From NCBI GenBank assembly GCA_046539845.1, contig JBKHGE010000003.1, positions 62,001 to 125,612 on the forward strand: a stretch of 63,612 bases of DNA. Direction: 5' to 3'. The notes beneath the pieces were generated by a model. It saw only the letters and a program-made list of their open reading frames with translations. It was not told the origin of the DNA and ran no database searches. This DNA comes from Desulfonatronovibrionaceae bacterium (GTDB lineage: Bacteria > Desulfobacterota > Desulfovibrionia > Desulfovibrionales > Desulfonatronovibrionaceae). Position numbers and translations under genes: made by a program. Below are positions 29,103 to 39,032 of the stretch, one piece after another. Every line of letters begins with the position of its first letter. Position 1 is the first letter of the stretch.

Positions 29103-30548
29103 ATGCCGGAAAACGACATCAATTGCGTGACCAACAGCGACCAGCACCTGATGGAGATGTTCCGCCCCTTTGCCCTGAAGATGGAATCCCAGGCCATCCC
29201 GCCCATAGCCATAAACCTGTTCAAATGCTACTATGCCCAACTTTTGTACGGGAGCCAGGGCAAGCTCTCGGACAAGGAGATATTGCCGCTCGCGCCCAAT
29301 GACCTCCCGCGGCTGGAGGAACTGTCCGCATACGAGGAAAAAGGCCGGGAGAATATGTCCAAACTCGCGATTATCAAACTAAATGGCGGATTGGGCACGA
29401 CCATGGGCCTGGAAAAGGCCAAGTCCCTTATCCCGGTCAAGGAGGGGCGCAATTTTTTGGATCTGATCCTGGAACAGACTAGAATACTGCGCCGGAAACA
29501 CACAAGTCCCTTGCCCCTGCTGTTTATGAATAGCTTCCGCACCCACCTGGATACCATGCTGGCGGTCAGCGAATTCGAAAACCCGGACGATATCCCCCTG
29601 GCCTTTGTCCAGCACAAATACCCCAAGATCAGGAGCGAAGACCTCAAGCCGGCCAGCTGGCCGGACAATCCGGATCTGGAATGGAACCCCCCTGGGCACG
29701 GGGATATCTATCTGGCCCTTATCACCAGCGGACTGCTCACCAAACTCTTGAACCGGGGCTATGAGTACGCGTTCATCTCCAACGCAGACAACCTGGGGGC
29801 GCTTATGGACCAGCGCATCCTGGGCTATGTGGCGGACAAGGGCCTGACCTTTATGATGGAGGTCACCAAACGCAGCCCCTCCGACAGCAAGGGCGGACAC
29901 CTCTGCCGGCTCCTTAAAAACAACCGCCTCGCCTTGCGCGAAATCGCCCAGTGTCCGAACAATCAACTGGAAAGCTTCATGGACATTGAAAAATATTCCT
30001 ACTTCAATACCAATTCGGTCTGGCTGAACCTAAAGGCCCTGGAGCAGGTCTTTCTGGAACACAAAATGATTCCCCTGGATCTCTTGATCAATTCCAAGAC
30101 CCTGGACCCCAGGAACGAAAACACGCCCAAGGTCTTTCAGCTGGAGACAGCAATGGGCTCGGCCATTTCCTCGTTTAAACATGCGGAAGCCTTGGAGGTG
30201 CCTAGGACCAGATTCGCCCCGATCAAAACCACCGCCGACCTCCTGCTGGTAAGATCGGATCACATGCGCCTGACAGAGAAAGGCTCTGTGGAGCCGGCTT
30301 CCGGGTGCCGGGAAATCCCGCCGCAGATAACCCTAGACCCGCGCTACTACAAAAAGATAGACGCCTTTGAGCAAAGATTCCCGCACGGGGCACCCTCGCT
30401 TTGTCAATGCGGCTCTCTGGAAGTTAAAGGGGATGTATTGTTTGGTAAGGAGGTGAAGATCAAAGACAGGGTCAAAATAATAAACACCGCAGACACGCAG
30501 GGGAAAATTAAAGACGGCACCGAGATTGCGTTCGATATGGAAATCTAA
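29103..30548 (+). CDS. UTP-glucose-1-phosphate uridylyltransferase, eukaryote-type (UDPGP family)
   Basis: KLNGGLGTTMG, MNSF.T, W.PPGHGD, SN.DNLGA, KGG, FNTN..W, QLETAMG, RFAP.K motifs plus a beta-helix-like tail. Confidence 0.92.
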   Translation: MPENDINCVTNSDQHLMEMFRPFALKMESQAIPPIAINLFKCYYAQLLYGSQGKLSDKEILPLAPNDLPRLEELSAYEEKGRENMSKLAIIKLNGGLGTTMGLEKAKSLIPVKEGRNFLDLILEQTRILRRKHTSPLPLLFMNSFRTHLDTMLAVSEFENPDDIPLAFVQHKYPKIRSEDLKPASWPDNPDLEWNPPGHGDIYLALITSGLLTKLLNRGYEYAFISNADNLGALMDQRILGYVADKGLTFMMEVTKRSPSDSKGGHLCRLLKNNRLALREIAQCPNNQLESFMDIEKYSYFNTNSVWLNLKALEQVFLEHKMIPLDLLINSKTLDPRNENTPKVFQLETAMGSAISSFKHAEALEVPRTRFAPIKTTADLLLVRSDHMRLTEKGSVEPASGCREIPPQITLDPRYYKKIDAFEQRFPHGAPSLCQCGSLEVKGDVLFGKEVKIKDRVKIINTADTQGKIKDGTEIAFDMEI

Positions 30549-30595
30549 GCAAAAGAAACCGCAATTTATAAACGCCTAAAAAAAGGAGAACGATC

Positions 30596-30859
30596 ATGGA
30601 CAAACAAGACCTTTTGCAAAAACTGAAAAATCTTTTTCCGGAGTTTGACCGCTTCGGCCTTGAGGTGGACGTAAACTTCGACGAGGGGCAAGAAGCCTGG
30701 ATGGCGAAAATAAAGAAGGGGAGCCACGAGTTGACCACCCATCTCGAGGAGCAGGATGTAGAGGAGTGCCTCCTGGGTGAAAAATGCTACAAATTCGGTA
30801 TCCAATTGGGGCAGTTCATTCGCAACTATTGCGAAGATGGCGAGGAATGCGACTTGTAA
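30596..30859 (+). CDS. Small acidic hypothetical protein (87 aa, 4 Cys)
   Basis: AAGGAG RBS, clean ORF; ECLLGEKC...NYC...EEC. Confidence 0.75.
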   Translation: MDKQDLLQKLKNLFPEFDRFGLEVDVNFDEGQEAWMAKIKKGSHELTTHLEEQDVEECLLGEKCYKFGIQLGQFIRNYCEDGEECDL

Positions 30860-30899
30860 AAGACAAACTTAAACAGGCCATGCAAAGGCAGACAACAAC

Positions 30900-30939
30900 A
30901 CTCGGGATCGGCAGACTCCCTATTTTGCCGATCCCGAGT
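30900..30939. terminator. 14-bp stem hairpin between convergent genes
   Basis: ACTCGGGATCGGCA-12 nt-TGCCGATCCCGAGT; weak U-tracts. Confidence 0.5.
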
Positions 30940-30951
30940 ATAAAGCAGCAG

Positions 30952-31554
30952 TTATTCTACTATGCGGAATTCGTCGCGGCGGTTCTTGGCCCAGGCCTCC
31001 TCGTTGTGACCCGGATCAACCGGGTATTCCTCGCCGTAACTTACGATCTGTATACGCTCTGAATCCACCCCCAAAAGGACCAGGAACTCATAAGCGGCCC
31101 GGGCCCGCTTTTCTCCCAGGGCGAGGTTGTACTCCTCGGTCCCCCGCTCGTCGCAGTATCCTTCGATAACCATTTCCAGCTCGGAGTATTTTTTCAAAAG
31201 CTCGGCCTTTTCCTGAAGTATCTCCCGGGCCTCGGAGCTCAATTCATAGGAGTCAAATGCAAAGTGGATCTTTTTGTCCACAATCTCTTCCACCGCTTCT
31301 TTCTTGGCCTTTTCTGCATCGGCCTGCAGGCGGGCTTCCTCTTCTTTTTCGGCAGCCAACTCCTTTTCGCTGAGACGCTTTTTCTCGTCTTCAGTCGAGG
31401 CCTCGGCCCCCTCCTGCATGGCCTTTTGATTCAGATAATAGCTCTTTTCCTGAGCGCTCTCCTGCGCTTCGGAATCAATCTTTTTCTTGGCGCAGCCCCA
31501 CATCCCGGTCAGCAGCAGCGCGGCCAGTGCCAGCAGGCATATTTTCTTGGTCAT
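30952..31554 (-). CDS. pal: Peptidoglycan-associated lipoprotein Pal
   Basis: Lipobox MWGC; IHFAFDS, EGYCDERGTEEYNLALGEKRA, SYGEE.P, NRR. GGAGG RBS before ATG 31554. Confidence 0.95.
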   Translation of the reverse strand: MTKKICLLALAALLLTGMWGCAKKKIDSEAQESAQEKSYYLNQKAMQEGAEASTEDEKKRLSEKELAAEKEEEARLQADAEKAKKEAVEEIVDKKIHFAFDSYELSSEAREILQEKAELLKKYSELEMVIEGYCDERGTEEYNLALGEKRARAAYEFLVLLGVDSERIQIVSYGEEYPVDPGHNEEAWAKNRRDEFRIVE

Positions 31555-31582
31555 TGCCTCCTCCTTGGGTTTTCCGTTCAAT

Positions 31583-32950
31583 TCATTCCCCGGGATCACT
31601 ATTGAACCAGCCCCAGTCCGGAGTAGTCGCCCCCCCGGGGCCGGTGGGGATCTGCCTGGGCTCTGCTCCGTTTACTGTAGTCAGATACAGCTTATACTCC
31701 CCCTCCCGGTTGGAGGAAAAGACTATAAAATAGCCGTTAGGCCCGAAGCTGGGCTCCTCGTCACTGCCGGGCCCGAAGGTTATCTGCCTCCTCATCCCGT
31801 TTTGCACATCCCGGACAAATATGCGGTGGCCGTCTTCAGTGCGGCCGGAATAAGCCACCAGCTTGCCGTCCGGGCTCATACTTGGACTGGTATTGTATTT
31901 TCCGGAATATGTCACCCGCTTTATCTCTTCGGCTTCCCTGTCCAAAAGAAAGACATGTGGATTGCCCAGCCGACTGGAGACGAAAGCCATTCTCCGGCCG
32001 CTTTTATCGAAACAAGGGGACACGTCAATGGCCCAGTTTTGGATCACAAATCCGGCTAGGTCCATCTCCGGGGTCAAGGCACAGATATCCGGGTTGCCGC
32101 GCGGATTCAGACTGGCCACTATCCCCTCTTGGGGGTCAAATGCAGGGGAGATGCATATGGTCCCCGGGACTTCCAAAACATCAACCCGGTCTGCATCCCG
32201 TTCCCAGATCCCCAGGCGGTGCCTGTCGCTGCCCAAAAGAGAAAACACCAACCGGGAGCCGTCCGCGGAAAAAGCCGGACTGGTACACACCCCCTGCAGA
32301 TCAGTCACGGCTCTGACCTCGCCCCCGGGAAGCGAGGTCAGACAGATCTCCTTGGAACCGTCCTCTTTTTTACGGGCAAAAGCGATCTCAGTGGAAAAAA
32401 TATTCCCGGCCCCGGCCAGTTTTTCCAGAAAATCCGCGCTGAACCTCTTGGCCGCTTGCGCGGCCTGCTCCTCTTCCTGCAGGGTGTACCCCTTGCCCAG
32501 GATCATACGGCCGGAAAAGACATCAAAGGCCCGGAAGGCAACTCCGGCCAAAGCATCTTCTTTTTTCTCGGCCACGCAGGTTATGAGCAGATCCACCCGG
32601 GACAGACCCAGTCTTTTGAAGTCTATATCCCGGGCCTGAAAGCCGGCTATCTCCCGGCCGCCGACCAGCTCGGTCCCGTTGACCGGACTCAAAAAAGGGA
32701 CAAAGGAAAGATTCTCCTCCAGGCGGTGCAGGGCCTTCTCCCCCAGCTCCCGGACCTGCTCGTCCTCGGAAAAAAGCGGGGCCAGGTACAGATTTGCACT
32801 CTGCTGTCCCGGGCCGTGAATATCTATCTCCAGGGCGTCTTTTGCGGCCGGACATTCCCCCGGCCGGAAAAAAACAAGGACCAAAGCGCCCACAAGGATA
32901 AACAAAAGCGGTCTTAAAAAAATGTTGGGCATAAAAAAGCGGTTTTCCAT
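31583..32950 (-). CDS. tolB: TolB
   Basis: Signal peptide, TolB N-terminal domain and PD40 repeats (SP.FS.DG, SPSMSPDG, PSFGPNG, TPDW). Start may be 32932. Confidence 0.9.
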   Translation of the reverse strand: MENRFFMPNIFLRPLLFILVGALVLVFFRPGECPAAKDALEIDIHGPGQQSANLYLAPLFSEDEQVRELGEKALHRLEENLSFVPFLSPVNGTELVGGREIAGFQARDIDFKRLGLSRVDLLITCVAEKKEDALAGVAFRAFDVFSGRMILGKGYTLQEEEQAAQAAKRFSADFLEKLAGAGNIFSTEIAFARKKEDGSKEICLTSLPGGEVRAVTDLQGVCTSPAFSADGSRLVFSLLGSDRHRLGIWERDADRVDVLEVPGTICISPAFDPQEGIVASLNPRGNPDICALTPEMDLAGFVIQNWAIDVSPCFDKSGRRMAFVSSRLGNPHVFLLDREAEEIKRVTYSGKYNTSPSMSPDGKLVAYSGRTEDGHRIFVRDVQNGMRRQITFGPGSDEEPSFGPNGYFIVFSSNREGEYKLYLTTVNGAEPRQIPTGPGGATTPDWGWFNSDPGE

Positions 32951-32974
32951 TTTTTTGGCGGCAAGAGACCCTGC

Positions 32975-33793
32975 TCACTCCAGGTTTTTTAGATTAAAAT
33001 TAACCACTATGGTTTGCCCTTCCCCGCCCGGGGGGGACGGCAGGCTTTCGGTCTCCTGCACTGCCCGGAGTACCGAGGAGTCAAACCCCTGGTCCCCGGA
33101 GGGGTCGACCATGTCCTGTTCCGCAATACGGCCCTTGGAGTCCACCCGGATCCTCACCCGTGCGGCCAGTTCAAGGTTGCGGCCCACCGCAGGGAACCTC
33201 CAGTTGTCTTTTATTCTTTCCCCGACCACACTCACATACACGGCCGAAGGGTCCGCACTTCCCCCGCCTTGGGACCGGCCTCCGCCTTCATCGGAACCCA
33301 GGCTGGCCTCCACCCCGGCCAGGGCCCGGGATACGGCGTTTTCCCTGTCCCTTTCCTCGGCCTGCTCTCTGGCTGAAGAAAGGGCCTCGTCCAGGATTCT
33401 GCCCCGGTCCTCCCGCTCTTGTGACCGGGTTTTTTCTTCAGCAGACGGCTCAGGTTCTTTTTTCTCCGCGGAAGCGGTCTTTCTCTTCCGGGGACTTATT
33501 TTCTCAGTCCGCTTTTCTGGTTCGCTCCGGGGAGGCGGGTCAGGGGCCTTGGCTTTGCTCTCCGGGTCCTCTTTCAAAGGCTTGGGATCAGGCACGCTCT
33601 CTTCTTTCTGCGGCTCCGGGCCTGTCCCCGGTTTTTCCACCTGCGCTTCCCTGAGGCTCACCAGTTCCACCGCATAAGGAGTCCTGGCCAAATCCATACG
33701 CGCCTTGCCCGCCGTCTGCCAGCCCCCGAAAAAGAGAAACGCCAAGGCGAAGGCATGGATCATGACCGACCCCAGCCAAGCAAAACCGCGCAT
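32975..33793 (-). CDS. tolA: TolA-like protein
   Basis: S...H transmembrane motif, Pro/Glu/Lys linker, TonB-C-like end (SGD..FD.SV.RAV....LP.PP); located in the tol-pal locus. Confidence 0.85.
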   Translation of the reverse strand: MRGFAWLGSVMIHAFALAFLFFGGWQTAGKARMDLARTPYAVELVSLREAQVEKPGTGPEPQKEESVPDPKPLKEDPESKAKAPDPPPRSEPEKRTEKISPRKRKTASAEKKEPEPSAEEKTRSQEREDRGRILDEALSSAREQAEERDRENAVSRALAGVEASLGSDEGGGRSQGGGSADPSAVYVSVVGERIKDNWRFPAVGRNLELAARVRIRVDSKGRIAEQDMVDPSGDQGFDSSVLRAVQETESLPSPPGGEGQTIVVNFNLKNLE

Positions 33794-33798
33794 GGATG

Positions 33799-34206
33799 TT
33801 ATTCACCTTCCTCTTCCGCAACCACTCCGAGCCGGGTGATTCCGGCCTCTTTCACCCGGGTCATGAGGTCCACCACGCGGCCATACGGTACTTCCGCGTC
33901 CGCCCGCAGATACACAAGAGACTCCTTTTCCTCGGCTATCCGCTTAAGATGCTTGGATATTTCCTTCAGTTTGACCTTGTATTCGTCCAGATAGATGCTG
34001 CCGTCCTCTCTTACGCTAAGGACCACGTGATCACTGTCCTCGGGCAGGGTCTGGACCGTCTTGGTCCGGGGCAGATCCACCTTCACCCCCTGCTCCAGCA
34101 TGGGGGCAGTAACCATGAAGATAATCAGCAGAACCAGCATGACATCCACGAACGGGACCACGTTAATCTCGGCCAAAAAACCCTTGCCCTGCGGATTCGG
34201 ACCCAT
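33799..34206 (-). CDS. tolR: TolR
   Basis: EINVVPFVDVMLVLLIIFMVTAPM, RAD..VPYG. Confidence 0.93.
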   Translation of the reverse strand: MGPNPQGKGFLAEINVVPFVDVMLVLLIIFMVTAPMLEQGVKVDLPRTKTVQTLPEDSDHVVLSVREDGSIYLDEYKVKLKEISKHLKRIAEEKESLVYLRADAEVPYGRVVDLMTRVKEAGITRLGVVAEEEGE

Positions 34207-34208
34207 AT

Positions 34209-34910
34209 CTACCTCTTTTCCTTTCCCATCCAGGGCATCTCCAGCCGGGCACGATTGATAAACACCCCGCTGAAACGGTTCAACTCGGTCCGGATCGCCT
34301 CCAGCTGCCCCAGAAACGAATTATAGGCCACCGAAGCCGGGATGGCCACGGCCAGGCCAAAGGCAGTGGCCACAAGGGCCTCGGATATACCCGGGGCCAC
34401 AGCGGCCAGGGCAGCGGACTGCTCCATGCCTATGGAATGAAACGAGTGCATTATTCCCCACACCGTACCGAAAAGACCGATAAATGGTGCGGCGTTGGCG
34501 CAGGTGGCCAGAAAGGGCAAGGCCCTGGAGAGTTCCTTGAGCCTGGAGTCAACCTCCCTGCCCAGCACGCGCTTAAGGTTGTCCTCAGCCACTCTGAACT
34601 TGGCATTCGGGCCGATTTCGCTTTTCTCCACGCGCTGCATCTCCGCGATCCCGCTGTAGCCGACAGTGTACAGCGGGGAATTTTCACTTTGCTTCAAGAG
34701 CTTCATCCCGTGGACCAGATCCCTGGCGTGTTCGAACATGCCCAGCTGACTGGAGGCCTGGCTCCGATACCGGACGAGGACAATGGTCTTGTATATGATA
34801 ACGGCCCAGCTGACCACGGACATAGAGAGTAAAATGACCATGACCAGCTTGACCACCAGAGTGGCCTCAGCCACCATGTGTAAAAATCCGCTTCCGGAAA
34901 AAAAATCCAT
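34209..34910 (-). CDS. tolQ: TolQ
   Basis: PFIGLFGTVWGIM.SF, VAPGISEALVATA.GL.VAIPA. Confidence 0.94.
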   Translation of the reverse strand: MDFFSGSGFLHMVAEATLVVKLVMVILLSMSVVSWAVIIYKTIVLVRYRSQASSQLGMFEHARDLVHGMKLLKQSENSPLYTVGYSGIAEMQRVEKSEIGPNAKFRVAEDNLKRVLGREVDSRLKELSRALPFLATCANAAPFIGLFGTVWGIMHSFHSIGMEQSAALAAVAPGISEALVATAFGLAVAIPASVAYNSFLGQLEAIRTELNRFSGVFINRARLEMPWMGKEKR

Positions 34911-35031
34911 ATCTTCTCCCTTGAGTTTGCAACCAGAACACTTTTGGTATCTTCCTGCCGCCGCTGACTTTCCCCTCTCTGAGAATAGCCCGGCCCGGGG
35001 ACCAAAGACAAAAAGCCGGGCGGGAAAACCT

Positions 35032-35796
35032 TTACTGCGCGGCCGGGACCATTTTTTCTATCTCCGGGAGGACCTCTTCAGCCGGGGCGTGTATCTGCAC
35101 GTCGGCTATGCTCGCATACTGGGTCCTCCCCAGGTTGACCTCGATCATCCTCCCCCCGCCGGAGACAATCATATGCGGGACCGTGTTGGCCGGAGCGACT
35201 TCCCCGGAAGTCCCGATCACAACCGCCAGATCAGCTTTTGCAGCCAGCTCCTGGGTCCGGGTCAGGGCCCGAGGCGGAATCTGCTCCCCGAAAAACACTA
35301 CGTCCGGCCGGACTATGCCCCCACATCGCGGACACATCCAGGGTATCTCCCCGGCACTGATCTCATCCGTTCCGGGACAGCCGAACTCCCGCTTGCATTG
35401 GTGACAAAAATAGCGGTTACACCCACCGTGAAACTCCACCACTTCGCGGTTACCCGCAGCCTGGTGCAATCCGTCTATATTTTGGGTTATGACCGCTTCC
35501 AGCCTGCCCTTACGGTCCAGATCGGCCAGGGCGATATGGGCCGGATTGGGCGTGGCCTTGGAGAACATGCCCACCGCTTCAAACATGAACTCCCAGACCC
35601 CTTCAGGGTTATTCTCCAGGGCCCATTGGGAACAGACCTCGTAAGGATCGAATTTGGACCACAGTCCACCCGGGCTCCTGAAATCCGGAATGCCGCTGGG
35701 CACGGATATTCCAGCCCCGGTCAGGGCCACAGCAAAACTGCTCTTTTCCCATAAACCGGCCGCTTCCTCGCATTTCTTCCGGACTTCGGCATCCAT
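35032..35796 (-). CDS. NAD-dependent protein deacylase (sirtuin, CobB/Sir2 family)
   Basis: [23 protein letters not shown], CxxC...Cxx[16 protein letters not shown]. Confidence 0.95.
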   Translation of the reverse strand: MDAEVRKKCEEAAGLWEKSSFAVALTGAGISVPSGIPDFRSPGGLWSKFDPYEVCSQWALENNPEGVWEFMFEAVGMFSKATPNPAHIALADLDRKGRLEAVITQNIDGLHQAAGNREVVEFHGGCNRYFCHQCKREFGCPGTDEISAGEIPWMCPRCGGIVRPDVVFFGEQIPPRALTRTQELAAKADLAVVIGTSGEVAPANTVPHMIVSGGGRMIEVNLGRTQYASIADVQIHAPAEEVLPEIEKMVPAAQ

Positions 35797-35802
35797 CAAA
35801 AG

Positions 35803-36465
35803 CTACCTCCTGAGCATCTTGTCCCGGAAAAGCCCCCTGGAGTTCTCAAAACACCGGGCCAACTCCTCCTCGGTCATCCCGGCCCCCAGGCCCACCCTGC
35901 GCCGCATTTCCCCGGACAGCAGATCCCCCGGGCCGTGCGTGTCATTGTTCATGACCAGGCCAGCCCCGGTCCTGCGGGCCAGATTCAGGACATGGCCGTT
36001 GGTCAGACTATGCCCTTTGCGGGTGGTTATTTCCAGAAAAACCCCTTTGTCCGCGGCAAGCCTGGCCTCCTGTTCAGTGATGAGCCCCGGATGGGCCAGG
36101 ATATCCACTCCGGCCTCTATCGCCGCCAGATTCGTCCCAGCCTCAACCGGCTCGACCACGGTTTCCCCGTGGACAATAACCAACTGCGCGCCGTATTCTG
36201 CGGCTTTGGCCGCGCAATCCGCTATCAGGGGTGGCGGGACATGGGTCAGCTCAACCCCGGCCAAAAGCTCGATGCCGCCGTGGATGGAATATTCGTGTAC
36301 CAGCCTAAGTTGGGAGGAAAGAATGAACCCCACATTGGAATGATCCACGTGATCCGTAAAAGCCAGACCCCGGTAGCCGGCATGCCCGGCCCGCCGGGCC
36401 AGCTCGGACGGGATGAGCTCCCCATCGCTGTAAACGGTATGCGTGTGCAGATCTATCATGTTCAC
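35803..36465 (-). CDS. PHP-domain phosphatase (histidinol-phosphate-phosphatase-like family)
   Basis: DLHTHT..SDG, TDH, GVELTHVPP, HGET..EPV, LAHPG, D.H. Confidence 0.88.
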   Translation of the reverse strand: MNMIDLHTHTVYSDGELIPSELARRAGHAGYRGLAFTDHVDHSNVGFILSSQLRLVHEYSIHGGIELLAGVELTHVPPPLIADCAAKAAEYGAQLVIVHGETVVEPVEAGTNLAAIEAGVDILAHPGLITEQEARLAADKGVFLEITTRKGHSLTNGHVLNLARRTGAGLVMNNDTHGPGDLLSGEMRRRVGLGAGMTEEELARCFENSRGLFRDKMLRR

Positions 36466-36968
36466 ATTTTGTATTTAGTGTGCTCGGGGTCGAAATCCTC
36501 CAGGATTTCGCTCCATTTATCCCGATCCCGATCCTTGTCCTCCAGAACCACCTGATAGCTGGTCCCGTTTTTGCTTTTCACGGACACAAGCATCTCCTCG
36601 TTAGCCAGGATGGGCACTTCCGCGCGCAAAGCCAGGGCCACTGCGTCTGAAGGCCGGCTGTCAACGCTTATTTCCCCATCTTTACCGGCAAGTACAAGCC
36701 GGGCGTAATAGGTGGACTCCTTGAGTTCAGTGATCTCCACCCTTATCAAAACCGCCCCCAGTTCAGCCAAAAGATTCAAAAAAAGGTCATGGGTCATGGG
36801 CCTGGGCATGACCACCTTATTCAGGGGCATGGAGATGGATACCGCCTCCAGTCCCCCTACCCAGATAGGGAGGACGAAATTTTCCTCTTTATCCTTAAGG
36901 ATAAGCAGGGGGGCTTGATTCTCTTCATCCAAGGCCAGCCCGGCAACAGTCATGGGCAGCAGGTTCAC
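36462..36968 (-). CDS. Bifunctional nuclease family protein (DUF151)
   Basis: LPIWVG..EA, RPMTHDL, DSRPSDAVALALR. Confidence 0.9.
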   Translation of the reverse strand: MNLLPMTVAGLALDEENQAPLLILKDKEENFVLPIWVGGLEAVSISMPLNKVVMPRPMTHDLFLNLLAELGAVLIRVEITELKESTYYARLVLAGKDGEISVDSRPSDAVALALRAEVPILANEEMLVSVKSKNGTSYQVVLEDKDRDRDKWSEILEDFDPEHTKYKM

Positions 36969-38293
36969 GGCAGCATCTCTCCTATAAGGGAATGTTTCTT
37001 GGCTTGGGTTATCTTTACCTCAACTTCTTTTCCGGTCAAGTCCTGCGCGTCGCCAACCGGGATATTAACTACCCGGTTGCCGCGGTCCCGGCCGCGCCAC
37101 TGCTTTTCCCTGAAACCGGTCTTGTCCGCACGCGTCTCGATCAGCACCATCTCCCGGTAACCCACTCGGGCCTCCAAGGCCCGGCGGGACATCTCTTCCT
37201 GCATCTCTTGCAAACGCATGAGGCGCTCCGCCTTGATGGGTTCCTCCACCTTGGGCTCCATGCGGCAGGCCCGAACACCGGGGCGGTCACAGTACTTAAA
37301 GGAAAAACTACTCTCAAAGTCAGCACAGCGGACCAGATCCAGGGTTTGGGCAAAGTCTTCTTCCCTCTCCCCGGGAAAGCCGACTATTATGTCCGTGGTC
37401 AGGGCGATTTCCGGGCAGGCCCGGCGCAATGCGTCCACTGTTTCCAGATAGCGCCTGCGGTCGTATTTTCTGCCCATGGCCCGCAGAATACGGTCGGAAC
37501 CGGACTGCACCGGCAGGTGCAGATGGGGGCACAAGGCATTAAGCTCGCCAAAGGCCCGGATCACCTCCGGGGCGATATCCTTGGGATGGGAGGTGGTGAA
37601 GCGCAGCCGCCTCAATCCGGGGATCTCCGCGATTTTATACAAAAGATCGGCAAACTCTGTCCCCTCCCCGCTTTTGTCCCGACCGTAGCTGTTCACGTTC
37701 TGCCCCAGAAGAGTGATCTCCTTTACCCCCCTTTGGGCCAGCTCCCGGCATTCCCGGAGTATCTCCCCGCTTTTCCTGGACTTCTGACGCCCCCGGGTAT
37801 AGGGGACAATGCAGTAGGCACAGAAATTGTCGCAGCCCTGCATTATATTCACAAAGGCCCGGGCCGGCATGGTCTCCGGAAAAAACTCCCCGCGCTCCGG
37901 ATATTCTTCGCTAAACTCCAAAAGGCTCATCCTAAGCCCCGGCTCCCGGGACAGCCTGTGCAGGGCCTCCGGGGCCATAACCAGCCCGTCCGTGCCGAAG
38001 ACAAGGCGCACGACTGAAAAACGGTCCAAAAACTTCCGGCCCACCTGCTGGGCCACGCATCCCCCGACCGCGGCAAAAACGTGCGGGCGTTCGCGGGTGT
38101 ATTCTTGGAGCCGACCCAAAAGGCTGTACACCTTTTGTTCCGGTTTTTCCCGCACGCTACAGGTATTGAGGATAAAGAAATCCGCCTCCTCTTCCGGTGC
38201 GGGCTCAAAGCCCCTGGCCTGCAACGAGCGGTCCAGCCAGCCGGAATCACAGACATTCATCTGACATCCAAAAGTAAATATATGGTAACGCAT
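36965..38293 (-). CDS. miaB: tRNA-2-methylthio-N6-dimethylallyladenosine synthase MiaB
   Basis: TFGCQMN, NTCSVREK, GCVAQ, CDNFCAYC radical-SAM motif, TTSHP, TRAM domain; start ATG 38293. Confidence 0.96.
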   Translation of the reverse strand: MRYHIFTFGCQMNVCDSGWLDRSLQARGFEPAPEEEADFFILNTCSVREKPEQKVYSLLGRLQEYTRERPHVFAAVGGCVAQQVGRKFLDRFSVVRLVFGTDGLVMAPEALHRLSREPGLRMSLLEFSEEYPERGEFFPETMPARAFVNIMQGCDNFCAYCIVPYTRGRQKSRKSGEILRECRELAQRGVKEITLLGQNVNSYGRDKSGEGTEFADLLYKIAEIPGLRRLRFTTSHPKDIAPEVIRAFGELNALCPHLHLPVQSGSDRILRAMGRKYDRRRYLETVDALRRACPEIALTTDIIVGFPGEREEDFAQTLDLVRCADFESSFSFKYCDRPGVRACRMEPKVEEPIKAERLMRLQEMQEEMSRRALEARVGYREMVLIETRADKTGFREKQWRGRDRGNRVVNIPVGDAQDLTGKEVEVKITQAKKHSLIGEMLP

Positions 38294-38450
38294 AATTGAT
38301 TTTCCGCTACAGCTGCTTCCTGAGAGACTTAAATCCCCGCCGGTCACAAGCGGCAGATAGCAGCAAGTATGCCCTTTTTGGATCCCGATTTTCTTCCCGG
38401 ATTCATGCGGAACACCGCGGTCTCCCCGCCTATTTGTCTTTAACAGTCTG

Positions 38451-39029
38451 CTAAGTCCTAATCCATCGAAGCAAAAAATCCATGACCTCGGAGACCGCCT
38501 GCTCCAGACTCTTGGGCGCATCATTGTCCACGCGCAGTTCAGCCATTGGGTCTTCCTCAAAGGGCACATCCACCCCCACAACCTCGCCCAGACCCGGAAA
38601 TTCGCGGCCGGTTTCCCTGCGCTCCAGGGCCTTGGCATACAGGTCAGCCATCACCTTTCCTTGCGGGCGATCTGCCTCGCGCTGCATGGCTGTGGGAAGC
38701 GAGCAGCGGATATGGATCTCGGCGAACCGCGCAATGAGTTCCCTGGCCTTGCGCCGCATATGTACCCGGGGAGCGGTCCCGTCCATAACCACGTTTCTGC
38801 CGCCTTGGACCATATCCGCCGCCTCCCGGGCGAACAGCTCATAGGCCTTGTTTCTTTCCCCGGTGGTATACTCGGGTCGGGGAAAATAAACGCGGCGACG
38901 CTCATCCATCTGCAGGTAAGCCACCTCCAGGCCGTTTTCCCGAAGCCTGTGCGCCACCCGGCCGGCCACGCTGCTCTTGCCCGACCCGGGCAGGCCGACA
39001 AACCACACCGCCCATGCGGATCCGTTCAT
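38451..39029 (-). CDS. Adenylyl-sulfate-kinase-like P-loop kinase
   Basis: W..GLPGSGKS, LY..A and GVDVPFEE.P..EL..D resemble CysC, but the LDGD motif reads LQMD. Confidence 0.75.
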   Translation of the reverse strand: MNGSAWAVWFVGLPGSGKSSVAGRVAHRLRENGLEVAYLQMDERRRVYFPRPEYTTGERNKAYELFAREAADMVQGGRNVVMDGTAPRVHMRRKARELIARFAEIHIRCSLPTAMQREADRPQGKVMADLYAKALERRETGREFPGLGEVVGVDVPFEEDPMAELRVDNDAPKSLEQAVSEVMDFLLRWIRT

Positions 39030-39032
39030 GGC

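Noticed and set aside
38312..38321. AGGAAGCAGC on the minus strand, resembling SRP RNA
   Set aside because: The preceding TCAGGTCCGGA half and long flanking helix are absent.
38294..38638. 115-aa N-terminal extension of MiaB in the ORF track
   Set aside because: It overlaps the kinase gene in another frame; MiaB homology starts at MRYHIFTFGCQMN (38293).
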